A DNA stretch of 64,000 nucleotides from an uncultured virus (IMG/VR IMGVR_UViG_3300044557_000566). Taxonomy: Duplodnaviria > Heunggongvirae > Uroviricota > Caudoviricetes. The notes beneath the pieces are model-generated. The model was not told the origin of the DNA, made no database searches, and saw nothing but the letters and a program-made list of their open reading frames with translations. Within the stretch, counting starts at the first letter, position 1. Every line of letters begins with the position of its first letter. The DNA is taken from the IMG/VR virus record IMGVR_UViG_3300044557_000566; one strand, given 5' to 3'. Positions 1 through 10,202 of the stretch are shown piece after piece. The position numbers and the translations under genes are program-made.

Positions 1-1589
1 GGATTGTCCTGACCAAGATTCTTCCTCGTCTCAGTCATGTTCGCAAGATCACCGCAGATCATAGATCCTATGAGAGAGCCAAGATCATTCTTCTGGGCAG
101 CATCAAGCGAGAATAGGACAACATTCCCCGATTCTGATGACAAGTCTGAAATATTGATGATCTTACCAGACCCAGCACCCTCACCACCCTTCATCCATTT
201 GCCATACGAGCTAACCATAAGACCAGTCATTTTGGACAGGTACTCTCCCTGCGAGTGCTGGGCAGCCTGAACGTCAGGGGACCTCCTACTGGACGACAGG
301 AGGTCATTAAGCTCTGACGCTTGCTGGCGGATATACGCGGCCTCTGGTATCTGGTTCATAGCCACAACCACAGCGTTGAATATGCTCTTATCAAGCATCT
401 GAGTGAACGTCCACATCTTCCCCTGACTGCTGTCAAGAGCTGGAACCTTGTCGAGAACTCCATATTCCTTTGCTGCGTCCATTACTGCGAACACTTTTGA
501 TAGGAATGACTGCGCCTGGTCACGGTACACTGATGCAGCAGTATCCCACTCCCGAGTGTTCAGCATCATGTCCACATCCTTTGACGTGGATCCAGATGAT
601 AACGGGTCATATGATGACGGTCCCTCAGGGTTGCCCTGTATCCTGTATGGAAGGTCGGCTGAGAAGTGATAGAAGTTGCACCCGGACTCACGAGATCTCC
701 TTGACAAGAACTCGGCCACCTCGGGATCCTTCTTACAGTCAATCACGAAGATGGTCTTATGATTATCAATATCCCTCGTCATCATTGATTTCAGAGTTAC
801 CGTCTTACCGGATCCAGCAGCACCGGTCACCATCGTATGCTTAGGAGCTTCGTCCTCAGCCCTGCAGACAAGAACCTCATTCTTAATCTTCATCGGATCC
901 TCAGGCGGGTTCAACGGTTCTTCCTCGACACCAAGGGGGATGAGATCTTTACGATGATACGGGTGGAGCTTGTCCTGCCTTATCTTACTGATCATGATCC
1001 TCTTCATAATGATCTCAACCGGACTCATCCTGAATCTGAAGTGATACATCCACTTCGGGGATAGACCCTCATTCAAGACTAGATGAGGGCTATTCCTCAT
1101 GCGAGCGCACTGCATGATCACAAATATAAAAGCAAGCCATGGGCCAATGATCAAGCATAATGGCGTGAGTGATGACATAATCCCCGATGGCAGGGTTGAT
1201 AGGCTTGCCATGATAGCATTCTTATCCGTGAACTTAAGACCACGGATAAGATCTATGGCTGGTTTGAATCCTCCCTTATCATTGAACCACGCTATTCCAA
1301 TGATGGATAGGATAGCGTTCAGGGTCGCTATGAACGTCGGCCTGAACCTCATGAGTCTGAAGAAGACCATGTACACGACCAGCGCGACGATCAGGGCTGG
1401 AAGAGCAATGAATGCTAGAACTATTATTATAATGAAGCCAATGGTCTTCACTATGGCATCATCGGTCTGGGCGGACCCGGTTCCGTCAGACCAACCATGG
1501 TTATGTGCCCCCCAGTCACCCGAGTTGTACTGTCCGTCGAACCCCGAGCCCTTATTATAACGGTTTATGTAATCCTCATCGCCTAGCAT
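1..1589 (-). CDS. VirD4/TraD-like type IV coupling protein, 3' end runs off the window
   Basis: Translated by hand from ATG at 1589: N-terminal TM segments, then KHTMVTGAAGSGKTVTL (Walker A) and IFVIDCKKDP. Absent from the ORF track, consistent with no stop inside the window. Confidence 0.75.
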   Translation of the reverse strand, partial: MLGDEDYINRYNKGSGFDGQYNSGDWGAHNHGWSDGTGSAQTDDAIVKTIGFIIIIVLAFIALPALIVALVVYMVFFRLMRFRPTFIATLNAILSIIGIAWFNDKGGFKPAIDLIRGLKFTDKNAIMASLSTLPSGIMSSLTPLCLIIGPWLAFIFVIMQCARMRNSPHLVLNEGLSPKWMYHFRFRMSPVEIIMKRIMISKIRQDKLHPYHRKDLIPLGVEEEPLNPPEDPMKIKNEVLVCRAEDEAPKHTMVTGAAGSGKTVTLKSMMTRDIDNHKTIFVIDCKKDPEVAEFLSRRSRESGCNFYHFSADLPYRIQGNPEGPSSYDPLSSGSTSKDVDMMLNTREWDTAASVYRDQAQSFLSKVFAVMDAAKEYGVLDKVPALDSSQGKMWTFTQMLDKSIFNAVVVAMNQIPEAAYIRQQASELNDLLSSSRRSPDVQAAQHSQGEYLSKMTGLMVSSYGKWMKGGEGAGSGKIINISDLSSESGNVVLFSLDAAQKNDLGSLIGSMICGDLANMTETRKNLGQDN

Positions 1590-1671
1590 ACGGTGAAGAT
1601 ATCAATGGGATTCATAGTCGGGTTGATGGGTGGCCTGCTGATTGAACGTGGTCTTCAATCAGCGTCCGCCA

Positions 1672-2853
1672 TCAGATGCGGCGAATGTTCCTACGCCTTA
1701 TAGCGTCCTCGGCCTGGTGCTTCGCGTACTCAGTGACAAAGTTCCTCAAGTGATCATCAGCAGGCCATCCAACGCGCTTCCAATTATCTGCCTCAGGTAC
1801 GTACTGATAGATTGGCTGCGTCTTGATCTTCGCGGCCTCAGTATCTCCAACAATCTTCGTGACCTCTTCAATGGCAAGCACGCGATACTTGTTCTTCGGC
1901 CTACCGAGCTGTATGATATAGTCAACAGCGTTCGCGATGTCCTGGTTGATAGACGCTGATGGCGTGGTTCCATTGCCAGGAGCTCTCTTCGCAAAGTTGA
2001 ACATCTTGTCAAGAGCCATCCTCGGGGTGTTCGCGTGGAGTGTCGTCATGGATCCATCAAACCCAGAGTTGGCCGCGGTGAGGAAGTCTGCGAATTCCGG
2101 TCCCCTCGTCTCTCCAATTATGATCCTGTCGCAACGCATACGAGCCGTCTGGGCGACGACCCATGAGAGGCTAGCCTGATCATCAGCGCTCTTACCGGGC
2201 TGCTTGGGGTAAGCCATCAGGTACGAGGTGTTAGGAATAGTCTTGAATTGCAACTCAGGAGCGTCCTCGCACACGCAGATTCGTTCACGGGAGTCTATGA
2301 GCTTGGCTACAGCGTTGAGGAATGTGGTCTTACCAGCTCCGGTCCCCCCTGAGAATACGATGGTCTGACGCGCGGCCATGAGGGCGGATACGAACTCGGC
2401 CATCTCCTTGGAAAGACTCCCCGACTTGACGATGGAGTCAAGGGTGGCAAGTTCTATACTCTGCTTGGCAATCGTCACCTGTGGGAACTCGCAGACTGGT
2501 GGCTTCACGCAATGGAACCTGGCGCGAATCGTGGGAGACCCGTCAAGCGTCTTGATCCTAAGACCGCCCTCATAGATGCAGAACGCATCCCTATACTTAG
2601 CCCCATACCTGACCATATGGCTCTCAATGTCTTCCATACTCCTCTCGAAGTCTGACGCATCAACCCAGGCAATACGACCTGCAATGTCGGGACCAACCTG
2701 CATCCTCTTACCGTTGAACTTAGCCCACACGTTGTCAGCATCATTGACCTCAATCTCCGAGCATCCGGGGAATGCGAGCAGACTGAATATCGTTGACCAC
2801 TGCTTAGACCTCATCCCGCTGAGATCTATCTTAACTGGATCATCATGACTCAT
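1672..2853 (-). CDS. CpaF/TadA/VirB11-family secretion ATPase
   Basis: SGGTGAGKTT Walker A, EDAPEL, RMRCDRIIIGETRG, GSMTTLHAN motifs. Confidence 0.9.
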   Translation of the reverse strand: MSHDDPVKIDLSGMRSKQWSTIFSLLAFPGCSEIEVNDADNVWAKFNGKRMQVGPDIAGRIAWVDASDFERSMEDIESHMVRYGAKYRDAFCIYEGGLRIKTLDGSPTIRARFHCVKPPVCEFPQVTIAKQSIELATLDSIVKSGSLSKEMAEFVSALMAARQTIVFSGGTGAGKTTFLNAVAKLIDSRERICVCEDAPELQFKTIPNTSYLMAYPKQPGKSADDQASLSWVVAQTARMRCDRIIIGETRGPEFADFLTAANSGFDGSMTTLHANTPRMALDKMFNFAKRAPGNGTTPSASINQDIANAVDYIIQLGRPKNKYRVLAIEEVTKIVGDTEAAKIKTQPIYQYVPEADNWKRVGWPADDHLRNFVTEYAKHQAEDAIRRRNIRRI

Positions 2854-2950
2854 AATCTATTCACTCCTATTTGTTTCCTTGTCAAGATATGCGATATGTA
2901 ATGCGTGAACCGTTTGGGATTACCTGCTCGATTACGCTTCGTGAGAGGCG

Positions 2951-3283
2951 CTACTCATCTTTATCAGCATCCCGATGATCGTCCACGCTCACTGGAAGAT
3001 CAACCACGTTCTTTATCCTAGGAGCGGCCTCGACCTTCACGACAGTCCTCTCTGGAACATGGACCTTATGCCCGTCATAGGGTGAGTACACGTCTTGTTC
3101 CTTCCTCACCCTAAGCTTGAGGGTGGCCAGCCCCCTGATCTTAACGTCTGATCCATTATTGAGGGAGTCAATAACCTCATTAGACAGTTCTGTCAGTATC
3201 TTGTCCACAAGATAAACGCTCACGCCGAGCTTCATCGCTACCTTCTTAACGAGAACTCTGCTGGCTATGAAATTCTTGCTCAT
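2951..3283 (-). CDS. HU/IHF-family DNA-binding protein
   Basis: VKIRGLATLKLRVRKEQDVYSP...VPERTVVK fits the HU arm pattern. Confidence 0.8.
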   Translation of the reverse strand: MSKNFIASRVLVKKVAMKLGVSVYLVDKILTELSNEVIDSLNNGSDVKIRGLATLKLRVRKEQDVYSPYDGHKVHVPERTVVKVEAAPRIKNVVDLPVSVDDHRDADKDE

Positions 3284-3349
3284 ATGATTATCACTCCTGA
3301 ACTCATAGTTGGAATCATCGCTGTCATTTCCCCGCCATCACGTCCGTGA

Positions 3350-3889
3350 TTATAACGAGAACGGGTTAGGGGCGTCTTCATCGCTCTCCATCATATTGTC
3401 AATAGAACTTATTGGGTCATCTTGCGAAGTACTGCCGACATCATGATCGTCATCAGAGGGGATTGGAAGGGAATTACCATAGCCTCCATATGATTGAGGC
3501 TGATCACCAGCATATTCGAACTCGTTCAGATCTGGCACCGGCATGCTCTCAGAATCGCCCTCCCGGGCAACTGGATTCAGATCTTCACGATCGTTCACAT
3601 CTGGCATTCTATCAGGAATCGGTAGTTCATCTGGAACTGGTAGTGGAGCTGGAAGTGGTTCACCCTGATCATCATCCGTCTTGACAACATCGTCCATGCT
3701 CAAGGACTCCAGGGTGTTAGCCTTTGTAGGATCAGCCCCATCCTCGTTGATTGACGGTAGGGATAGATCAAAGTACTCCTTATTTTGCTTCCTCCCAGAG
3801 AGTATAGCGTACAGGGAGAATGCGATCACGCCTCCCACCAACAGGAAGAAAACCCATCCCGCAATATAGACAATTGTATCTTGACTCAT
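3350..3889 (-). CDS. Hypothetical membrane-anchored acidic protein
   Basis: N-terminal TM helix, acidic tail; ATGA overlap with upstream gene. Confidence 0.65.
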   Translation of the reverse strand: MSQDTIVYIAGWVFFLLVGGVIAFSLYAILSGRKQNKEYFDLSLPSINEDGADPTKANTLESLSMDDVVKTDDDQGEPLPAPLPVPDELPIPDRMPDVNDREDLNPVAREGDSESMPVPDLNEFEYAGDQPQSYGGYGNSLPIPSDDDHDVGSTSQDDPISSIDNMMESDEDAPNPFSL

Positions 3890-4971
3890 GATTCCTCCAT
3901 CTTACTCATGACGATAACCTTGAATATGGGATTCCCGTTCTCATCTATGGAGTCAGGACTAACATCATTATTCAAATCAACATCTTTGAACACGTCCCAT
4001 CTTCCAGATCCATGCTCATCCGACCACTTCCTGGCGAACTCGTTGATCTTTCCATACTTGCTGGCAACGAGTAGATAGAATTCCTTCAACATTCTAGACG
4101 ACTTCTTGGCCTTATAGCCGGGTGGGAGATCATAGACTCCAGTGATGAACGCTATATGATCCCATTGATCCTTCCTGACTCCAATGCTAGCGAACCACGC
4201 ACTCCAGAACGCCTTCGTCGGTGTCTCAAGAATGTCATCATAATGATCATCAATGAGATCAATGCGACTAGTCTCCGAGTCAATGATCACGGGGTCAGTG
4301 ATCGCGTACTTCATCGGGGTGCCCTGATCTAATGACGCCTGTTCTTTGATAAGGTCAAGGGTTATCTTCCTGTTAGCACCATTCTTTGACGAACCGTCAG
4401 CTCGACCGTACATGGTTTTAATCGTAGCGGCTCCAGATTGGATGTAATCATAGACCTCCTGATCTGAAGCCTTGCGACCAATCTTCTTCTCCACCCTCGC
4501 CCTGATGGCAGCTATCTTCCTTATCGTGGATATCTTACTAGAGCTCATACCGAACTCAGATTCTTCCTTTAGTGCTGCCCTGCGGACATTCGTGTTAATC
4601 CACTGCATCAGATAATTGACGGCAGACCCACGCATCTTACTGAGGTCGGCATTCTTCATCATCTTCCATACAGCCTCGAATCCTACCTGCTTCAAATCTT
4701 CCTCATCTAGGATCACATGAAAGGATCTTGGCCTGCGAAGCTCCTCACGAACGACACGATTCACCATCCACGCGCAGGACGTGCAGACATCATTGTAAGC
4801 ACGTTCACCGGCGGTAACGGACGATCTTAGACGGGCCTTCTCCGTCCTGTCCATATCGTTAGAGGATTCTAAAAGCTCTTTCGCCTTAAGACCCTCCCTG
4901 AATGGGGGAATCGTTCTCTCGAATAAGCTAATATCCACGTAGCTCGAAGAATCGTTCGCATTATCCTGCAT
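3886..4971 (-). CDS. Sigma-70-like RNA polymerase sigma factor (divergent)
   Basis: Region-2-like EEDLKQVGFEAVWKMM...YLMQWINTNVRRA and region-3-like IGRKASDQEV. Confidence 0.65.
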   Translation of the reverse strand: MQDNANDSSSYVDISLFERTIPPFREGLKAKELLESSNDMDRTEKARLRSSVTAGERAYNDVCTSCAWMVNRVVREELRRPRSFHVILDEEDLKQVGFEAVWKMMKNADLSKMRGSAVNYLMQWINTNVRRAALKEESEFGMSSSKISTIRKIAAIRARVEKKIGRKASDQEVYDYIQSGAATIKTMYGRADGSSKNGANRKITLDLIKEQASLDQGTPMKYAITDPVIIDSETSRIDLIDDHYDDILETPTKAFWSAWFASIGVRKDQWDHIAFITGVYDLPPGYKAKKSSRMLKEFYLLVASKYGKINEFARKWSDEHGSGRWDVFKDVDLNNDVSPDSIDENGNPIFKVIVMSKMEES

Positions 4972-5026
4972 GAGGAAAAGATATCATGGCGTGTTGTTCT
5001 TACGAATCTTACGGTATTGGAAAACA

Positions 5027-5060
5027 GGAAAAGCGCGCCATTCGTATGGCGCGCTTTTCT
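5027..5060. terminator. Probable bidirectional intrinsic terminator
   Basis: GAAAAGCGCGCCA-TTCGTA-TGGCGCGCTTTTC hairpin. Confidence 0.6.
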
Positions 5061-5125
5061 ACTCGTGATCTATGTTCTAGTATAGAGCCCTTATAGTGAT
5101 CATGTGCGAGGACTGGTTGATCTAA

Positions 5126-5596
5126 TTAATTCACTCCGGTAGAACCGAACCCGTTAGAGCCCCTGTCAGTCTCATCAAGGGAATCAACCCGCACGTAGTC
5201 AACTGGTAGGTATCTTTGCACGACGATCTGCGCGATGCGGTCACCCCTCGCGATCTTGAACTCATGCTCCTGGTCAGTATTCATGAGACACACCTTCACC
5301 TCGCCACGATACCCCGAGTCGATGAGGCCAGGCGCATTCACGATCGTGATCCCATGCTTGGCCGCTAATCCAGAGCGCGGTGTGACCCACGCGAGCTGGT
5401 CGTCTTTGAGAGCAATGTGGACACCAGTACTAACGAGCACGCGCTCACCGGGCTGTATGGTTACATCCTCAGACGCCCTCAGATCCGCACCAGCGTCCCC
5501 AGGATGAGATCTTGATGGCAGTGACCCACCGTCATCAAGAGTCACTTTGATTACAGGTGCATCCAATCCGTCTAACGTTGGTTGACTCCATGCCAT
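5126..5596 (-). CDS. dut: dUTPase (trimeric)
   Basis: DAGADL, PRSGLA, GLIDSGYRGE, GDRIAQ, RGSNGFGSTG; start chosen at ATG 5596 after AAGGA. Confidence 0.95.
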   Translation of the reverse strand: MAWSQPTLDGLDAPVIKVTLDDGGSLPSRSHPGDAGADLRASEDVTIQPGERVLVSTGVHIALKDDQLAWVTPRSGLAAKHGITIVNAPGLIDSGYRGEVKVCLMNTDQEHEFKIARGDRIAQIVVQRYLPVDYVRVDSLDETDRGSNGFGSTGVN

Positions 5597-5781
5597 TATG
5601 TATTCCTTATTTATCGTAGTTTGAGTGTGCAATAAGGATTGTACCTTTCAAATGAGGAGACCCAATCAGAATTGCAGGATAAGAATTCAATGTGCTGTTC
5701 TCAGCAACCGAGCGCTTGTACCCGTCAGATGGACGTGACGTGGTGGATGTCAACGCGGCCCTTCCACCAAGATTAACTATA

Positions 5782-6495
5782 TCATAGAATCCCTCTTAAA
5801 GGCTTCTCTATGACGTTCATAATGCTCTTTATCTTTCCGGGAGAGTCAATGGAAAGGCCAACTTCTGCTGGCGTCTTGTAATCATTGAGGAGGAGTCCCC
5901 ACTCTGACTCCCTATTCTTCCAATCGTCCTCACTAATCTCATCAGGTCTGTCAGCATTATCCCAATAATTGCGCTCATTGAAAGATTCAGACGATATGAG
6001 CGTATCATAGTAATCCCCCTCCTCAGAGAAGACAAGACCGAGAACACTGCCACCATTATCATTCTCGATGAGGGTGACATGCCAGAAAACGTTAAGACTA
6101 GGGTCAATGGACGTTGAGTTCTTATCAAGATTACTCATGATCGTCCACAGTTGCCTGAAGATAGCGCGTCGTCGAGTATTCTCGTCTTCATTCCATGCAA
6201 TGGGGTCATCACCGTAACCCTCATACAATGGAACCGATACACCATGATCATTAAGATCATCTAATCTGGATCCCTCGGGCAAGCTCATGCATACGTCAAC
6301 AATCTTGCGGAATTTCTCATAGTAGACAGCATCAAGTATCCTGCGAACATCGTATCCAACCTGGAACGGGTTATCACTGCTGGCAATGAACCCGTTGAAA
6401 ATCTTAGCGTTCATATCCAAGAACTCCAATCTATTGACCTGTTGATTCAATCGTATTAATCGTAGAATTTCCAATCCGTGTTCTAGAAGATTCAA
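5782..6495 (-). CDS. Hypothetical protein (start uncertain)
   Basis: 237-aa ORF in the operon direction. Confidence 0.6.
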   Translation of the reverse strand: MNLLEHGLEILRLIRLNQQVNRLEFLDMNAKIFNGFIASSDNPFQVGYDVRRILDAVYYEKFRKIVDVCMSLPEGSRLDDLNDHGVSVPLYEGYGDDPIAWNEDENTRRRAIFRQLWTIMSNLDKNSTSIDPSLNVFWHVTLIENDNGGSVLGLVFSEEGDYYDTLISSESFNERNYWDNADRPDEISEDDWKNRESEWGLLLNDYKTPAEVGLSIDSPGKIKSIMNVIEKPLRGIL

Positions 6496-6614
6496 CGGCC
6501 TGCAGGATACTTCTCATGCAGCATGTCTAGAATGATCCATCAGATTGATGGCTGCTAACCTTCAGCATACTTCTCTATGTTCCCTATTCATCCAATATAC
6601 GATTACAAGTTTAC

Positions 6615-6688
6615 GGTTGCCTGAGAAGGACTCGAACCTCCAGTATCCCCGTCCAGGGCGGGGCGCGTTGCCATTGCGCTATCAGGCA
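6615..6688 (-). tRNA. tRNA-Gln(CTG), C33
   Basis: Cloverleaf; AC arm CCCCG-CCCTGGA-CGGGG. Confidence 0.8.
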
Positions 6689-6866
6689 ATAAAATGGGCG
6701 GCTGGTTCCATGCAGCCGGCCTTACGCCGGCCCATGGGGGTACTCAATGGATATGATCCATTCGTTGACCACCAGCACCCCACGATCATGGTTATCTTCA
6801 ATCGCCATGATCGTGTTTCGCAGAATCCTGCATCATGTTGAAGACCACGATGCTATCAACTGTTAG

Positions 6867-6950
6867 CGGATGATGCGGGAGTCGAACCCGCCACGGTGTT
6901 ACCCGAACCTCATTAGCAGTGAGGCGCTTTAACCGCTCAGCCTACCATCC
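6867..6950 (-). tRNA. tRNA-Ser(GCT)
   Basis: CCTCA-CTGCTAA-TGAGG, long variable arm, G73. Confidence 0.9.
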
Positions 6951-7203
6951 ATACGCACTTCATATCAATTGCCGGAGTAAACCAGCAGTATCATTATAAC
7001 TCTTGCAGCCCGATCGTGTCAACCCCATCAGAATCATGCGAGAAACCTGCCATGACCTCAGCCTCATGAGCATCGGTCTTACCGGCAGACCCTCCCCTGC
7101 TGATGGTGAAGCAGATGGAATCATGGCGGTCGGAATTTCCTCACCAATTCCTCCTGAGTTTTATGATTACCCAACCCAGTGATGTGGACTCATCGTTACT
7201 CTC

Positions 7204-7374
7204 CTACTTCCTGCCGGGATGAATAGGATGATCAGTGCTCCCAATAATCGCCGTGAGACGTGGAGCAGGTGTGAAGCCATCCATGAACGCATTCAGGCGC
7301 ACCCTGGAGTCCTCAAGCTCTTTCCTCGTGAGGGGACCACGGTCAATCACGTAACTCTTGTCTATGCTACTCAT
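7204..7374 (-). CDS. Small hypothetical protein in the tRNA array
   Basis: GGAGG RBS before ATG 7374 (MSSIDKSY...). Confidence 0.4.
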   Translation of the reverse strand: MSSIDKSYVIDRGPLTRKELEDSRVRLNAFMDGFTPAPRLTAIIGSTDHPIHPGRK

Positions 7375-7414
7375 TTTCCCGTCCTCCATCGTTTCAATGA
7401 ATAATTGCATGGAG

Positions 7415-7487
7415 TGGAAGCGACGGGGATCGAACCCGCTTCCTCCTGCGTGCAAGGCAGGTGTCCTACCATTAGGACCTCGCCCCC
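7415..7487 (-). tRNA. tRNA-Ala(TGC)
   Basis: CCTGC-CTTGCAC-GCAGG, G3:U70. Confidence 0.9.
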
Positions 7488-7530
7488 ATTTGTGGAATAC
7501 ATGGACACAGTGCTATATCCATGCATCTAG

Positions 7531-7615
7531 CGGATGATGGGGGATTCGAACCCCCGGTGGTGTTACCCACTCCTGTTTTCTAGACAGGTGCACTAAACCG
7601 CTATGCGAATCATCC
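7531..7615 (-). tRNA. tRNA-Ser(AGA), A34
   Basis: CCTGT-CTAGAAA-ACAGG, long variable arm, G73. Confidence 0.9.
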
Positions 7616-7616
7616 G

Positions 7617-7689
7617 AGCCAGCAATCGGTTTCGAACCGATGACCTTCTCATTACAAGTGAGATGCTCTACCATCTGAGCTATGCTGGC
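7617..7689 (-). tRNA. tRNA-Thr(TGT)
   Basis: TCTCA-CTTGTAA-TGAGA. Confidence 0.9.
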
Positions 7690-7709
7690 AATTTTATGAA
7701 GTGATCCTT

Positions 7710-8067
7710 GAAGGCGGCCTGTAGCCACGGTTCTGTCCACATGATGACGAATAGGATCATCATGTTGTACCATCATCCATCTACTCCCGCTACCTGTCCT
7801 TATAACGATCGAATAAATCTAGACGTTCTGCGGTTTCACCGGGACTGGCTTGCCAAGGTTCCCCTCACGAGGATTAACCCACGATTTCTTACATCGTGCT
7901 TTTCACCCTTACCTGTGATTCCTTATGGAATCCATCGGCGGTATGGTCTCTGCGGCGCTATCACTACTCTCACGGGCGGTGGGATTACCCCACGTCCCTA
8001 TTCTATGGTGCCGTGAACTTCCTCTGAAAGAACGTCGTGTTCTACCAGCGATGATCCAGCTGCCTTC
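7710..8067 (-). ncRNA. rnpB: RNase P RNA
   Basis: P1 GAAGGCAGCTG/CAGGCCGCCTTC; 5' GAGGAAGTTCACGGC and 3' ACAGAACCGTGGCTAC form P4 with the bulged U; GGTAAGGGTGAAA present; ~358 nt. Confidence 0.9.
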
Positions 8068-8116
8068 AAAATGTTACGAGCTAACCCAATAAAAATTCGA
8101 GCAATCACGTATCATC

Positions 8117-8181
8117 GTGCTCATAATCGGAATCGAACCGATAACAATATACCCATATGGGAATAAAACCACCAGGTGAGC
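8117..8181 (-). pseudogene. Degenerate tRNA-like remnant
   Basis: Intact T arm ATCGG-TTCGATT-CCGAT and partial acceptor GCTCA/TGAGC; no D arm or normal anticodon arm. Confidence 0.45.
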
Positions 8182-8189
8182 TAATATTT

Positions 8190-8651
8190 TTAGACTAATA
8201 ATGATGACAATTCCGTTACCATTAACTCTAGTGTATGACGCCTTTCATTCATAAGAAACGAATTATTGACCTCATTACCATGATTATCAAATGATACCGA
8301 TTGGTCCCACATGACCCAATCATCCTTGTACTTGTTAATATCATTGATAAGTTCATTAGCAAGATATCTACAAGTTCTTAAACCCTCATAATCCATAAGA
8401 TCATGGGTCAACAGGCCATCATCAATGCTCGTTGATACGGAGTAAAGAATGCCATCAAAATCAAGGAATCCTACCGAATATCCCTCCGCGTCAAGACTTA
8501 CATTCAAATGAACGTCATCCTGATTAGCGGTAAGAACATCGATAAAATATTGAAGCAAGATTATAGGTACGTCATCAGTATAACTCACACTGCCTACACG
8601 CTTGTTATTAATAACAAGATCAGCGTACCCAGAACTTGGCTTTGATAACAA
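8190..8651 (-). CDS. Hypothetical protein (AT-rich insert)
   Basis: 153-aa ORF, AAGGAG RBS before TTG. Confidence 0.65.
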   Translation of the reverse strand: MLSKPSSGYADLVINNKRVGSVSYTDDVPIILLQYFIDVLTANQDDVHLNVSLDAEGYSVGFLDFDGILYSVSTSIDDGLLTHDLMDYEGLRTCRYLANELINDINKYKDDWVMWDQSVSFDNHGNEVNNSFLMNERRHTLELMVTELSSLLV

Positions 8652-8688
8652 AACGTTCTCCTTAACTATATCTCCCTATATCGTGAGG

Positions 8689-8759
8689 AGCGGTCGACGG
8701 GAATCGAACCCGCATCATCTCACAGGCAATGAGACGCCTTACCATTGGGCTACGACCGC
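8689..8759 (-). tRNA. tRNA-Gly(GCC)
   Basis: TCTCA-TTGCCTG-TGAGA, U73. Confidence 0.9.
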
Positions 8760-9015
8760 GTGAAAACCTAGCCAGTCCCCGGAGTGATCATGCATAATCA
8801 GACCAGGGGGACGGCTAGGAACTAAAATGTCGGCCATCATGGATGGGAAGATCCTCGCCTAATTGGAAATACCATAGCGATTGATGTCTTCATGACTGCT
8901 AACCGGGCGATCCCCATGACGCAACAGAATCCTCAGGGCTAGGCGCATCCACGCCTAGTCCTACTCCCCCATTCGGGAACTGCACGAGCATCACGCCTGC
9001 AAGAAGTGACCGACG

Positions 9016-9090
9016 TGCTTCCAACAGGATTCGAACCTGTGATCTCCTCCGTGTAAAGGAGGCGCCTTAGGCCAACTAGGCTACAGAAGC
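9016..9090 (-). tRNA. tRNA-Val(TAC)
   Basis: CCTCC-TTTACAC-GGAGG. Confidence 0.9.
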
Positions 9091-9164
9091 AAGATGTGTA
9101 CAAGCGTGTACAAATAAGATCGTGTACAAGCGTGCATAATCCTATCCGCGTACTGGACGCGTGA

Positions 9165-9329
9165 TCAATCAACCCTAGAATCTTTATCAGGGTCTTTATC
9201 CTTCAGGGTCTTCATGAAGGCGATAGAGGAGTCAACCAGTGAGTTCATCTTACGCTCAGTAGAATTCCTAGGGTGAGCGACCCTGGTATAACCGGGAATA
9301 AGCTTCCTATCCGTTGGGTTCTTACCCAT
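9165..9329 (-). CDS. Small hypothetical protein in the tRNA array
   Basis: GGAGG RBS before ATG 9329 (MGKNPTDRK...). Confidence 0.4.
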   Translation of the reverse strand: MGKNPTDRKLIPGYTRVAHPRNSTERKMNSLVDSSIAFMKTLKDKDPDKDSRVD

Positions 9330-9376
9330 ATCAGCCTCCAAATCCTGTGATTGTGATCCTATGTATGCTTGTTGCG

Positions 9377-9452
9377 TAGCGGGGGCGCGATTCGAACGCG
9401 CGATCTCTTGATTATGGGTCAAGCGAGGACAGCCGAGCTCCTCTACCCCGCA
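9377..9452 (-). tRNA. tRNA-Met(CAT), initiator-like, C33
   Basis: CTTGA-CCCATAA-TCAAG; 1:72 mismatch. Confidence 0.8.
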
Positions 9453-9454
9453 AG

Positions 9455-9527
9455 TGCTTTCAACAGGACTCGAACCTGTGACCTATTCCGTGTGATGGAA
9501 GCGCGCTGCCATCTGCGCCATGAAAGC
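9455..9527 (-). tRNA. tRNA-Val(CAC)
   Basis: Anticodon loop ATCACAC. Confidence 0.85.
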
Positions 9528-9739
9528 ATAAGTGGACGAGACTGCCTCTCCTTATGTCTTATCCATAATGCACCGTGCGTGATCATAAAACCCCCACGGG
9601 AGAGACGTGCTGACTGCTGTGGAGCATCAATGATCACAGCCTGTTATCACTGATCATCACCCCAATGGAGAACAACTCCCGTTATCTCAGGGACTGTTGC
9701 CCTCCACCAGTTACGACAATGATCAATGGATGCTCTGCG

Positions 9740-9810
9740 AGCGGATGACGGGAATCGAACCCGCGTATCTTCCATGGGAGGGAAGCGCCTTACCATTGGG
9801 CTACATCCGC
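9740..9810 (-). tRNA. tRNA-Gly(CCC)
   Basis: CTTCC-CTCCCAT-GGAAG. Confidence 0.9.
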
Positions 9811-10003
9811 AGCGCCAGGATCTTACGTGTCCTGGCAGGAACACTCCAGACTCCATACTCCACCTCGAGGTCAGTATTTCCACCAGCCCCTACAGGAGTG
9901 CTGTCACGACTGCCCTCACCGTCAACCACGTATCGGTTACAGGCTGGGGGGGGGAGTGCAGCTGCCCTAAACGTCTAGCTATAATAGAACAAACCAGACA
10001 TCG

Positions 10004-10074
10004 AGGGGATGACGGGAGCCGAACCCGCGTAACCTGCTTGGAGGGCAGGCGCACTACCGTTATGCTACATCCCC
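10004..10074 (-). tRNA. tRNA-Gly(TCC), C33
   Basis: CCTGC-CCTCCAA-GCAGG. Confidence 0.85.
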
Positions 10075-10202
10075 ATGTATCCTGAAACCATCACCGTGGC
10101 ATGCTCAAGATGGACGAAGGGTGTTCAGGACTGCACACCCTCTGTTTCCTTATCCCCCTATTGCGAGGTGAAATCACGATGATGACAAAAGATTTATGTC
10201 AA

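Noticed and set aside
37..1560. Plus-strand ORFs at the window start
   Set aside because: Antisense to the minus-strand coupling-protein gene.
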